From Nitrospirota bacterium (GTDB lineage Bacteria > Nitrospirota > UBA9217), in contig CAVWHO010000015.1 in assembly GCA_963754875.1 (NCBI GenBank), positions 32,001 to 96,000 of the forward strand: 64,000 bases of DNA. Direction: 5' to 3'. The position numbers were made by a program, and so were the translations under genes. Shown in pieces: positions 1 to 9,421 of this stretch (positions within the stretch are counted from its first letter, which is position 1; every line of letters starts with the position of its first letter). Below the pieces are notes generated by a model. It was not told the origin of the DNA, searched no databases, and was given only the letters and a program-made list of their open reading frames with translations.

Positions 1-1683
1 TCGCTTCTTTTTGGTTGTGGCGGAGGAGGAAGCAGTGCAACAACTCCGGGAGGAACAACAGGCGCAAACGGAATGATCAACGGCACAGCGGTCAAGGGAC
101 CGATCAGCGGAGGAACAGTAACGGCATTTGCCATCACTAATGGGACCATGGGCATGCAACTGGCCAGTGGAACAACGGACAGTCAGGGAAATTTCAATAT
201 GTCAATCGGCGACTACACAGGTTCCCTCATGCTGCAGATGAGCGGCGGGACCTACGTGGATGAGGCAACCGGCGCTACGGTGACCATGGCTCCCGGCGAT
301 GTGATGACCGCCGTTATGACAACGCTAGCTACCGGCTCGACGGTTACCGGAATTCAAGTGACCCCTCTTACCTCCATGGCCCAGGCAATGGCGAATAATA
401 TGGCGGGCGGCTTGATGGATGCCAATATCACCGCAGCGAACACCGCAATAGGAAATTACTTCATCGTGAACGACATCCTGCATACGACACCCATGAACCC
501 ACTGGTATCCGGCTCGAGCGGTACCGCGACCCAGGACATGATAAACTACGGCATGGCCATCGCGGCAATATCGCAGACCGCAAAGGACATGGGAATGACC
601 TCCTCATCCAGCATGGTCACGGCCATGATGAATGACGCGTCGGACGGCGTTTTGAACGGCATGATGGGAAGTACCCCAGTCATGATGGGCGGAATGATGG
701 CCGGCAGCTCTATGATGACTCCTACTACGGGAACGAGCGGGCTGGCCACGGAAATGGCGACGTTCATCACGTCCACCCTGAATAAGTCAGGCGTAACTGC
801 GACGGACATGACGACGCTCATGAACAAGTTGACTTCTTCGGCGACCGGAACCATTCCGAATGGAGGAGGAACTCCGATGAACGGGATGGTTGGCGGATCA
901 GTATTTAACGGGACGATGGGCAACACGACGGTCATGGCCTACGCAGTGACTGACGGCGCCATGGGAGCGCAGCTTGCCAGCGGGACCACGAACAGTATGG
1001 GCAACTTCACCCTGTCCCTCGGCGCCTATTCTGGTCCTGTCATGCTCAAGATGAGCGGAGGGTCGTATACTAACCTGGCAACCGGCACGACCATAAGCAT
1101 GTTGGCCGGTGATATGATGACCGCAATCATTCCGACCATCTCAAGCGGAGCCACGGTGACGGGCATTCAGATGACGCCCCTTACCTCCATGGCCCAGGCA
1201 ATGGCTCAGGCAATGACGAACGGCATGTCTGATGCCAATATCACGGCTGCGAATACTGCAGTTGGCAACTACTTCATGGTCTCTGACATCCTCCAGACAA
1301 TGCCGATGAATGCGGCAATATCAGGATCCGGCGCTACCGCAACAACGGACATGAAAAACTATGGCATTGCCATTGCCGCCATGTCTCAGTATGCTCAGAC
1401 CATCGGCATGGCCGATCCCGCAGCACTGATAACGGCCATGATGAACGATGCGTCGGACGGAGTCATGAACGGCAAGATAGGAAGCACCCAGATAACCATG
1501 GGTGGCATGGGAGGCGGCATGATGGGCGGTGGTGGCACCATGATGCAGCCTACGGCTGGAACAAGCGGGTTTGCAACTGCGATGACCACGTTCATGGGGT
1601 CAACAGCGAACAAATCCGGCCTTTCAACTACGGACATGCAGACCCTTATTAACACACTGGCTGCGTCGAACGGAACGATTTAA
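1..1683 (+). CDS. Met/Thr/Gly-rich lipoprotein with two tandem ~265-aa repeats (5' end outside the window)
   Basis: Frame is open from base 1 (SLLFGCGGGGSSATT...), giving a lipobox LFG-C and a Gly/Ser linker upstream of the ORF-track Met at 73. The two halves share QLASGTT-x-S-x-GNF, TGIQxTPLTSMAQAMA and TAMMNDASDGV. Confidence 0.85.
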   Translation, partial: SLLFGCGGGGSSATTPGGTTGANGMINGTAVKGPISGGTVTAFAITNGTMGMQLASGTTDSQGNFNMSIGDYTGSLMLQMSGGTYVDEATGATVTMAPGDVMTAVMTTLATGSTVTGIQVTPLTSMAQAMANNMAGGLMDANITAANTAIGNYFIVNDILHTTPMNPLVSGSSGTATQDMINYGMAIAAISQTAKDMGMTSSSSMVTAMMNDASDGVLNGMMGSTPVMMGGMMAGSSMMTPTTGTSGLATEMATFITSTLNKSGVTATDMTTLMNKLTSSATGTIPNGGGTPMNGMVGGSVFNGTMGNTTVMAYAVTDGAMGAQLASGTTNSMGNFTLSLGAYSGPVMLKMSGGSYTNLATGTTISMLAGDMMTAIIPTISSGATVTGIQMTPLTSMAQAMAQAMTNGMSDANITAANTAVGNYFMVSDILQTMPMNAAISGSGATATTDMKNYGIAIAAMSQYAQTIGMADPAALITAMMNDASDGVMNGKIGSTQITMGGMGGGMMGGGGTMMQPTAGTSGFATAMTTFMGSTANKSGLSTTDMQTLINTLAASNGTI

Positions 1684-1726
1684 TAATCACATATTGTTAC
1701 ATGAAATTCCGTTTCATCAATAAATA

Positions 1727-1764
1727 ATTTAAGACAGCCGGAGATCGATCCGGCTGTCTTAAAT
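1727..1764 (+). terminator. Intrinsic terminator-like hairpin after the lipoprotein gene
   Basis: Perfect 16-bp inverted repeat ATTTAAGACAGCCGGA-gatcga-TCCGGCTGTCTTAAAT. Confidence 0.75.
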
Positions 1765-1968
1765 ACCTTCATAATCCAGATACATTTTGCGTATAAAAAA
1801 CTGATACTTTAAGCCATCTTATTCTGTACTAATATAATTGCTATAGTTGCACGCAATCTTCGCTTTCGTATGAATGTACTTTGCTTCAAACTTATTAACT
1901 GAAGTGATTAATGTATTCAAATATGAGAAGTTTATGTCAACAGAAGAAATAATCTCAAGGAGGAGACC

Positions 1969-2403
1969 ATGAAAAAGTTACTAGTAATCGCAACAGCAGT
2001 GATCGGATTTACAGCAGCAACAGCATTTGCCCAGATGGGTGGGCCGGGAGGACCGGGGGGGGGGCAAGGTCCGCAGGGAGGAATGATGGGGGCCCAACAA
2101 TCTCAACAGATGATGGGCAACCAGATGATGAGCCAGGACATGATGCGTGATATGGCCGGAATGATGCGACAGATGAACGACATGATGGGAAAGATGTCAG
2201 GGTTCATGGAACACAATGGCGGCATGAATCATGGCAGGATGATGAATATGTCCAAGATGATGGGAGAAATGTCCGCAAATATGAAAGAGATGTCAGAGCG
2301 GATGTCGCACGGTAAGATGGATGCTGCCCATATGAAAAAAATGCAGGAGCGCATGAAGAACATGGAGCATATGATGGGAACCATCGAGAAAGAGGAGAAA
2401 TAG
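1969..2403 (+). CDS. Secreted Met/His-rich helical protein, putative periplasmic Cu/Ag-binding
   Basis: RBS AAGGAGG; Sec signal MKKLLVIATAVIGFTAATAFA; about 35 Met in 144 aa by hand count, plus 5 His. Confidence 0.8.
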   Translation: MKKLLVIATAVIGFTAATAFAQMGGPGGPGGGQGPQGGMMGAQQSQQMMGNQMMSQDMMRDMAGMMRQMNDMMGKMSGFMEHNGGMNHGRMMNMSKMMGEMSANMKEMSERMSHGKMDAAHMKKMQERMKNMEHMMGTIEKEEK

Positions 2404-2406
2404 AGC

Positions 2407-3228
2407 ATGAACAAGTGCGTGAACAGACTCAAGCAAAAAAACCGCTCCGATTGCATTACCCATGCAAATGCGTCACATTGCACAGCGAGGACGTGCTTAT
2501 CACGGGCTGTTCACGCACTCATTGCTCTGGTTATTATTCTTATCCTGCCAGGAGCTCTGCGTGCTGAGGAAGGCCGGAGCTATCTTGATATCAGCGGAGG
2601 CTACAAAACCGGTACTTTCGGCACACCTTACCGATCAAACCTCGGATATGTTTCGACAGGGCTTGGCTATGTTACCCCGGTCTATGATGTGAGCATAACG
2701 ATTCCCTACCTCTTTTTATCGAGTGAGAGTCAGAGCGGTACGAAAGATACAAGTGGGATCGGCGATATAATTCTTCGAGGCGGTAGAGTGCTGGTTGTGG
2801 AAACATCGAACGGTTTTTCTCTTGATGGCGCGCTCGCTTTAAAATTGCCAACAGCTGACGACACAAAAGGGCTGGGTACAGGTGAAATGGATTTCGGTGC
2901 ATTTCTGAACGCGCATCAGAAGGTTGCCGATGTAAAGCTTTCTTTGTTTGGAGGTTACATTGTAGTAGGTTCACCTTCGAACGTCAGCTACAACGATGTC
3001 TACCTCTATGGTTTGGGAATCTCAAAGGTGTTCGGGTTTACCGAGCTATATGGCTCCCTTGAAGGAAGGAGTGCTACTGTTTCAGGCGCTCAAAGCCCTC
3101 AGGAAATCCACGCTGGAGTATTCCATGTACTGAATAAAGATTACGCTATCAAAACAAGTACATTTGTCGGGTTAAATAATGGCGGACCCAATTTTGGGTT
3201 TGATGCCGGTGTCGTACGATGGTTTTGA
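2407..3228 (+). CDS. Outer-membrane beta-barrel protein (SphA/MetA-pathway 'transporter'-like); true start probably downstream of 2407
   Basis: Signal-like hydrophobic stretch ending ALRA; SGIGDI, LKLPTAD and GLGTGExD motifs; alternating beta strands; C-terminal aromatic VRWF. Confidence 0.7.
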   Translation: MNKCVNRLKQKNRSDCITHANASHCTARTCLSRAVHALIALVIILILPGALRAEEGRSYLDISGGYKTGTFGTPYRSNLGYVSTGLGYVTPVYDVSITIPYLFLSSESQSGTKDTSGIGDIILRGGRVLVVETSNGFSLDGALALKLPTADDTKGLGTGEMDFGAFLNAHQKVADVKLSLFGGYIVVGSPSNVSYNDVYLYGLGISKVFGFTELYGSLEGRSATVSGAQSPQEIHAGVFHVLNKDYAIKTSTFVGLNNGGPNFGFDAGVVRWF

Positions 3229-3588
3229 CAACTTCCGTCAAAGGTGTTGAGCACTCTGCCATGTCATAAGAAAAGATATGTTGAACCTGGAAATCATACT
3301 TAAATGACTTGCATAATGCTATCGGGATTCTTTGCCCTCGACATAAAATTGACATTGCAGAGCAGTAGATGTATTCGGCAATACCAGGCCGTTTAACAAG
3401 TTCATTTTCTCCAGAAAACACTACTTAAATCCAGTACCCTCGATGTCCAATTGCAACGGAACAAGAAAGTTCCCTCAGCTTGCCCAATTCAAAGCTTTTT
3501 CTTCATAATACGGTCATCTGCAAACACCTGCGCATGTCCATGACAATATCAGTTTATAAATCATTGGATTAGTGTTAGTATAAGCAAT

Positions 3589-4380
3589 ATGATCGACAGC
3601 ATCCGCGCGAAAAAATCCCTGGGCCAGAATTTCTTACGGGACCCGCACTATCTGAACAAAATCGCCGACGCTGCGAGGATAGGTCCCAATGATCAGGTGA
3701 TCGAGATCGGGCCTGGCCTGGGCCATCTTACTCACGTCCTGACCCAGCGGGCGCGGAAGGTTCTGGCCATCGAGGTGGATGACCGGCTGATCCCTCTCTT
3801 GCAGGACGAGTTCGGTGCAACGCGCAATTTCGACCTCCTCCATGCTGACGCACTGGAATATGACTACGATTCGCTGAGCGGATCATGGAAGGTCGTTGCC
3901 AACCTGCCGTATTATATTTCCACTCCCCTCATTCAGAAACTCATTCTGCACCGGAGCAAGTTCGTCAGCCTCACGCTCATGCTCCAGAAAGAAGTCGCGG
4001 AGCGCATCGCGGCCCCTGCCGGCGGAAAAGAATACGGGTTCCTTTCCGTGCTTGTTCAATTATATGCAGTCCCGAGGATCGAGTTCAAGGTGCCGGCGGG
4101 GGCATTCACTCCCAGGCCGGAGGTCGACTCGGCAGTTATGACGCTCGTGATACGCGATTGTCCCGCCACCCATCTAACAAGCGAGGACTTCTTCATGCGT
4201 GTAGTTAAAGCCGCGTTTTCCCAACGCAGGAAAACGCTCAGAAACTCTCTGAAACAGCTCAAGGTAGCCAACGAAAAAATGGCAACGGTTTCGGATAAGA
4301 CGGGCATTGATCTCGGCCGGAGGGCAGAGACCCTTACGATCGAGGAATTCGGCCGCCTTGCCGAATATTTACTTGCCTGA
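3589..4380 (+). CDS. rsmA: 16S rRNA m6,2A1518/1519 dimethyltransferase
   Basis: KKSLGQNFL, EIGPGLG, VANLPYYIS, QKEVAERI, FSQRRKTLRN, RAETL. Confidence 0.97.
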   Translation: MIDSIRAKKSLGQNFLRDPHYLNKIADAARIGPNDQVIEIGPGLGHLTHVLTQRARKVLAIEVDDRLIPLLQDEFGATRNFDLLHADALEYDYDSLSGSWKVVANLPYYISTPLIQKLILHRSKFVSLTLMLQKEVAERIAAPAGGKEYGFLSVLVQLYAVPRIEFKVPAGAFTPRPEVDSAVMTLVIRDCPATHLTSEDFFMRVVKAAFSQRRKTLRNSLKQLKVANEKMATVSDKTGIDLGRRAETLTIEEFGRLAEYLLA

Positions 4381-4619
4381 ACAGATGATCTCGTACGTAC
4401 CCTCCTTGCGTCAGCATGAGGCCTTTCCTGTGGAACGCATTACCCCCCGGCAGGAACCGGGGGATTTTAAGATGACCTGTCGATCTGCAGCTGCTTCCTG
4501 GTCATCAGCATCCGGAGAGTGGCGGCAGATTCTCCGTCCGCGAGCCCCGGCTGCATAGCTATTGTGCCGGGTTCCTACTTTGTTTGAGCTTTAGCTCGTG
4601 TCTTCAAGGCCTTTTCACC

Positions 4620-4647
4620 TTGACATTTTTTCACCTTTCCCTATAAT
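4620..4647 (+). promoter_or_regulatory. sigma70 promoter of gmhA
   Basis: TTGACA-N16-TATAAT, ending 38 nt upstream of the gmhA ATG. Confidence 0.75.
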
Positions 4648-4684
4648 AAACGCCTGATCTTCAGTTCCTGCCAGGGAGTCCCTT

Positions 4685-5266
4685 ATGAAAGATGCCATCA
4701 TAAAAGCGTTTGATGAGAGCGCCCAGATCAAAGTCAAATTCGTCAGAGAGAATATCGACAAGATTATCGACGTAGTACAGCTCATAGCCCAGGCGTTCCG
4801 CGAAGGGAAGAAAGTGATACTCTTCGGCAACGGTGGAAGCGCTATGGACGCTTCGCATATCGCCGCGGAATTTGTGAACCGCTTTCTCATGGAACGGCCG
4901 CCCCTTCCTGCTATCGCATTAAATACAGATGCTGCGGTGCTCACGAGCATCAGCAATGACTACGATTTTTCGCAGGTGTATTCCAAACAATTGTCCGCAT
5001 TGGGCCATGAAGGCGACGTGGTGATCGGCATCAGCACAAGCGGCAACTCACCCAACGTGATCAAGGCAATTGACGTGGCAAAAAAGAACGGCATGAAGAC
5101 TGTCATCTTAACAGGCGGGACTGGCGGTAAAATGGCCGCGATGGCGGACGTTACCTTCATTGTCCCGACAAAGGTCACGGCGAGGATCCAGGAAACCCAC
5201 ATAACCCTCGGTCATGCCATCTGCCAGATGGTGGACGAAGAACTTTTCGGCAACCACAGTAAATAA
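4685..5266 (+). CDS. gmhA: Phosphoheptose (sedoheptulose-7-phosphate) isomerase
   Basis: GNGGSA, HIAAE, NDY, STSGNSPNV, RIQETH motifs. Confidence 0.96.
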   Translation: MKDAIIKAFDESAQIKVKFVRENIDKIIDVVQLIAQAFREGKKVILFGNGGSAMDASHIAAEFVNRFLMERPPLPAIALNTDAAVLTSISNDYDFSQVYSKQLSALGHEGDVVIGISTSGNSPNVIKAIDVAKKNGMKTVILTGGTGGKMAAMADVTFIVPTKVTARIQETHITLGHAICQMVDEELFGNHSK

Positions 5267-5271
5267 GCCGC

Positions 5272-6201
5272 ATGAAAAAAATCGATATCTCTCATATTAA
5301 ATCCTATTCGCTCAAAGGCCGGCCAAGCAAGGTCCGGATCAATGATTTTTCCCGGCCCCACACCAAGGGCGCAGGTTTCCAGGATTTCTTTTCCTCTCTC
5401 CCGAACATTCTCGCTGCACAACATTTTAAGGACGTGGTCGCCGCCGTTGTTCAGGCCCGGAAAGACAAGCGGCCGGTGATGCTCGGCATGGGTGCCCATT
5501 CCATCAAGGTCGGACTGAGCCCCGTGATCATCGACCTCATGGAACGCGGCATCATCTCGAGCCTGTCGCTGAACGGTGCGGGAATCATCCACGACTTCGA
5601 ACTGGCATTCATCGGCCAGACATCGGAAGACGTGGACAAGGAGATCCTTTCCGGCGCTTTCGGCATGGCGGAAGAGACCGGAAGCATGCTGAACAATGCA
5701 ATCAAATCTGCAGGTGAGGACGAGGGGATCGGCGCTGCTGTCGGGAAGATGATCAACTCCGGCCCTTTCCCTTACAAAGACAAAAGCCTTCTTGCTGCCG
5801 GTATCCGCCTGAACGTCCCCGTAACGGTCCATGTCGCAATTGGAACCGATATCATTCATATGCACCCCTCCTTCGACGGCAGCGCCACCGGTGCTGCTGC
5901 ACACCGGGACTTTGTGACCTTCTGCTCGCTGGTATCCGAGCTCGAAGGCGGAGTGTACATCAACCTCGGCTCCGCTGTCCTTCTCCCGGAAATATTCCTC
6001 AAAGCCGTGACTCTGGTCCGGAACCTCGGCCATTCACTCCAGCACTTCACCACGGTCAATATGGACTTCGTCCAGCATTACCGTCCGAACACCAATGTCG
6101 TGCGCAGACCCACCCAGGGGGGCGGCAGAGGGTTCGCGCTTACCGGCCACCATGAAATCATGTTCCCACTTCTCGCTGCGGCAATCATAGAACAGCTCTA
6201 A
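5272..6201 (+). CDS. Deoxyhypusine-synthase-like conserved protein cotranscribed with gmhA
   Basis: MGAHSIKVGL, NGAGIIHDFE, GTDIIH, GSAVLLPEIFLKA, GHHEI; 5 nt after the gmhA stop. Confidence 0.7.
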   Translation: MKKIDISHIKSYSLKGRPSKVRINDFSRPHTKGAGFQDFFSSLPNILAAQHFKDVVAAVVQARKDKRPVMLGMGAHSIKVGLSPVIIDLMERGIISSLSLNGAGIIHDFELAFIGQTSEDVDKEILSGAFGMAEETGSMLNNAIKSAGEDEGIGAAVGKMINSGPFPYKDKSLLAAGIRLNVPVTVHVAIGTDIIHMHPSFDGSATGAAAHRDFVTFCSLVSELEGGVYINLGSAVLLPEIFLKAVTLVRNLGHSLQHFTTVNMDFVQHYRPNTNVVRRPTQGGGRGFALTGHHEIMFPLLAAAIIEQL

Positions 6202-6411
6202 GCCCAGGAACTCAGCACATCCGACTGCCTGACAACGCATCGCAGTGCGTCTCCATATAAACAGATCAGAGTGGTCATATTCTTCCTTGCTACGATCCTC
6301 CTCTTGCCCCCAGTCCGAAATACTACAAAACCGCCGTCACAAGCTCAGATTTCGACATGGTAGGCCATTCACTCCACCGGATAACCGTCCGATTTTACAG
6401 AAAAAGCAGCA

Positions 6412-6428
6412 TTGGCAATCATTTTGCA
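6412..6428 (+). promoter_or_regulatory. sigma54 -24/-12 promoter
   Basis: TTGGCAATCATTTTGCA = GG-N10-GC with TGGCA and TTGCA. Confidence 0.6.
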
Positions 6429-6750
6429 ATATATACGGTCAACTAAATGACTACTGAAAGTCACTCCGGCTATCATCTCTTTTCACTGAGCCGACATCGT
6501 TTACGTTCAGAGTCAAAATCTTAACCCCAGCCCCCCCCGACGCCTGCGGGTCTTGGATGTGTTTACTTCCGAGACGCGCAGGCGTCCCTCCTTTGTGCTT
6601 GCCTTTTTTCGGCTTATGGTTTAAAAAAAATTTCCGCAAATTCCCGTTTTTTTCGTGTATAGTATCTAATAAAAAAACCACTCCTGCCATACAAACAGTG
6701 GCGTAAATCCTCTGGCTTTGTCGAGCACATGGTCGTAAAGATAAAAATTT

Positions 6751-7080
6751 ATGCAAAAAATACCTATTACCCAGGCTGCGCCGGGCATGGTGCTCGCCCA
6801 GGAAATAAGAAATTCCGACGATCCGTCGAGCATGACCATCTGCGGCAAAGGCGTCAAGCTTACCGAGTCGCTGATCTCACGCCTGACACAGATGGGCGTG
6901 CAGTCGGTGAGGGTAGAAGGCCATCCCGTGAAAGTGGAAGGTGAAGCTACTCTGGAAGAGATGCTTGCGGCGCTCGACAAACGGTTCAGCCGGGTTGAAG
7001 ACGATGATTTGATGAAGAAGGTCAAGGAAATGTACCGAAAGCAGATCTTCCGGTCCCTGGGAGAAACCGATGGAAGATAA
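6751..7080 (+). CDS. Small protein resembling the accessory domain of HD-GYP/HDOD proteins
   Basis: PGMVLAQEI...GKGVKLTESLI resembles EGMVISRNL...GKGITLTKKNL at the C-terminus of the 49263-50576 protein; overlaps the HDOD start. Confidence 0.65.
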   Translation: MQKIPITQAAPGMVLAQEIRNSDDPSSMTICGKGVKLTESLISRLTQMGVQSVRVEGHPVKVEGEATLEEMLAALDKRFSRVEDDDLMKKVKEMYRKQIFRSLGETDGR

Positions 7081-7933
7081 GCGGTCCGCAATCCGCGCCA
7101 TCATACGCGATACCAAGACGTTGCCTACACTTCCCGGAATCATTGCGAAACTCGGCTCTCTTGCAGACAATGATAAAGTCTCTGCGCAAGAGATGGCCAG
7201 GGTCGTCTCCGCCGACCAGGTGCTCTCTGCAAAGGTCTTGCGGCTCGTGAATTCCGCATTTTACGGATTCCCCGGACGGGTCTCTACGGTCTCGAATGCG
7301 CTCATTCTCCTCGGCGTAAACGTCGTAAAAAGCCTTGCCATCACCAGTTCGATCTTCGATATCATGGAAAAAAACGTCGTCGGCTTGTGGGAACACTCCA
7401 TGGGCGTCGCCGTCGCCGCAAGCACTATTTCCCGGACGCTCAAACTGCCCGACCCCGAAGAAATTTCTACGGCGGCGCTCTTGCACGACATTGGGAAGGT
7501 GATCATAAAAATCAAACTCGAAAGAGACTTCGACCAGCTCACGTCGCTTATGGCAGAGAAGTGCATAACTTTGCTCGAGGCCGAACGCGAGCTGCTCGAG
7601 ACCGATCACGCAGAGATCGGCGGGTGGCTCGCCCGTTCCTGGCTTCTGCCGGAGAAACTGATCGAACCTGTTGAGTTCCATCATCACGTGGACAAGTCCT
7701 CGGTCCATCAGACCAAAACCGCCGTGGTGCATATCGCCGATGTCCTCATCAAGGCTTCGGGGTTCGGCTTCAGCGGGGACCAGTTGGTCCCCCGGATCCA
7801 GCCCGTTGCCTGGAAGAAACTTGGGCTGAACGAGACGCTCCTGGAAGCAATCATCGTGGAGATCGAAGACAAACTGGTCGACGTCAAAAATTTCAGCCTC
7901 GAAATTCAAGCAAATGATGAATCCAAAGCGTAG
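7070..7933 (+). CDS. HDOD domain signal-transduction protein
   Basis: LPTLP, DQVLSAKVLRLVNSAFYG, LWEHS, LLHDIGK, HAEIGGWLARSWLLP. Confidence 0.92.
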   Translation: MEDKRSAIRAIIRDTKTLPTLPGIIAKLGSLADNDKVSAQEMARVVSADQVLSAKVLRLVNSAFYGFPGRVSTVSNALILLGVNVVKSLAITSSIFDIMEKNVVGLWEHSMGVAVAASTISRTLKLPDPEEISTAALLHDIGKVIIKIKLERDFDQLTSLMAEKCITLLEAERELLETDHAEIGGWLARSWLLPEKLIEPVEFHHHVDKSSVHQTKTAVVHIADVLIKASGFGFSGDQLVPRIQPVAWKKLGLNETLLEAIIVEIEDKLVDVKNFSLEIQANDESKA

Positions 7934-8846
7934 GATCGCACTGCTCTCCCGGGACCGCACCCTGCACACGCATCTGGGGCTCCGTCTCGAAAGCAAAGGA
8001 TACCAGGTCGTGTCCCTGCCTGAGCCGTCGCAGGTGCTCGGATTTATCTATTCGGACCCGCCCGATCTTATGCTGATCGACCTGTCCGGGGCGGATCCGT
8101 CGTATCAGCAGATTTTGCGGGATCTGAAGCAGGACAGCTATTTCAGCGTTGTCCCCGTCGTGGGGCTCATCGCCGGGGCGGACATTGAAACAACGGCCTG
8201 GGACCAGTACCCGCTTGACGACTTCGTTTCACTCCCGATCAACTATGACGAACTCTTCAGTCGCATTTTGCTTTCCTTCCAGCGCTTGCAGCGGATCTTT
8301 GACAACAACCCCCTCACTAAACTTCCGGGAAACACCTCTATCCAGCTGGCAATCGAACGGGCCCTCGGAAAGTCGATGGCGGTCTGTTACGTCGATATTA
8401 ACAATTTCAAACCCTATAACGATACTTACGGGTTTTCACGGGGCGATGAAGTGCTCCGCATGGTCGCCCGGATCATGTCGAATACGGTGAAGGAGTCAAA
8501 GGACAATGGCTTCGTCGGGCACATCGGCGGTGATGACTTCGTTTTCATTACACCGCTGGAGAACGCGGAGACGGTCTGCAAAACCATTATCGCCAGATTC
8601 AATGTCATTGCGTCGGACGTCTTTGGAGAAGAAGACAAGGCAAAGGGCCACTACCTTGCAAAGGACCGGAAAGGCATTGAGCAAAAAATCCCTCTCCTCG
8701 GAATATCGATTGCCGTAGTGCCGACGAACAAACCGCATGTGCAGCATGCGGGCAAGGTCGCGGAGGTCGCCGCGGAACTCAAGAAGCTCGCTAAAAAATC
8801 CAACGAAAGCTGCTATGTCGTAGACCGCAGGGGTAGCAGGGAATAA
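7914..8846 (+). CDS. REC-GGDEF diguanylate cyclase (GGDDF variant)
   Basis: N-terminal atypical receiver; NPLTKLPGN, DINNFKPYNDTYG, GHIGGDDF. Confidence 0.88.
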   Translation: MMNPKRRIALLSRDRTLHTHLGLRLESKGYQVVSLPEPSQVLGFIYSDPPDLMLIDLSGADPSYQQILRDLKQDSYFSVVPVVGLIAGADIETTAWDQYPLDDFVSLPINYDELFSRILLSFQRLQRIFDNNPLTKLPGNTSIQLAIERALGKSMAVCYVDINNFKPYNDTYGFSRGDEVLRMVARIMSNTVKESKDNGFVGHIGGDDFVFITPLENAETVCKTIIARFNVIASDVFGEEDKAKGHYLAKDRKGIEQKIPLLGISIAVVPTNKPHVQHAGKVAEVAAELKKLAKKSNESCYVVDRRGSRE

Positions 8847-9066
8847 AGATTTGTCTTTGCCCGGCGCTAGCCCTTATCGAACGTTCCCCTTCTTCATCCC
8901 ATTCATTTCTCTCCTCCCTTTTTTCCATGTTCCCGGTGATTGCTCTGTTGATGACAGCCAGTTCTTATCCTGAAATTTGAGCTATAATAAATGTATGGCA
9001 CGGCCATCGTGAGCACGCAGAATAAAGTCAGAATCTCTGGACATGGTCAGAGTAAGGCAGGGTCCG

Positions 9067-9297
9067 ATGCCCAAAGAAGACGTACTAGAGGTGCAAGGTA
9101 AAGTAATTGAAGCCCTCCCGAATGCGATATTTCGGGTCCAGGTGGAAGGGGGCCCTGTGATTCTTGCCCACCTGTCCGGAAAGCTTCGCATACATTATAT
9201 TAAAATCCTGCCCGGCGACCGGGTCACCGTCGAGCTTACGCCCTATGATCTTAAGCGTGGAAGGATTACTTACCGCTTAAAACACGAGGCTGCGTGA
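9067..9297 (+). CDS. infA: Translation initiation factor IF-1
   Basis: [50 protein letters not shown]. Confidence 0.96.
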   Translation: MPKEDVLEVQGKVIEALPNAIFRVQVEGGPVILAHLSGKLRIHYIKILPGDRVTVELTPYDLKRGRITYRLKHEAA

Positions 9298-9421
9298 TCA
9301 GCCGGTACGAGCGACGGCGTCGTGTTTTTTATTGTTTCCATTCGATTTCCTCCCCTGCCCTATGTTATACTCTCCCTATTCGACGCTTCTGAAACAGTTC
9401 CAGGCGGATGGAAAACCAACG

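Noticed and set aside
1..2403. Magnetosome (Mam/Mms/Mad) assignment for the Met/Gly-rich proteins
   Set aside because: No recognisable magnetosome gene or magnetochrome motif in the window; composition alone is insufficient
3229..3560. Possible gene remnant (ORF 3149-3421 -)
   Set aside because: No motif recognised, and it overlaps the barrel gene
4470..4510. SRP RNA-like AGGAAGCAGC on the minus strand
   Set aside because: Lacks the preceding CAGG and GNRA tetraloop stem of SRP helix 8
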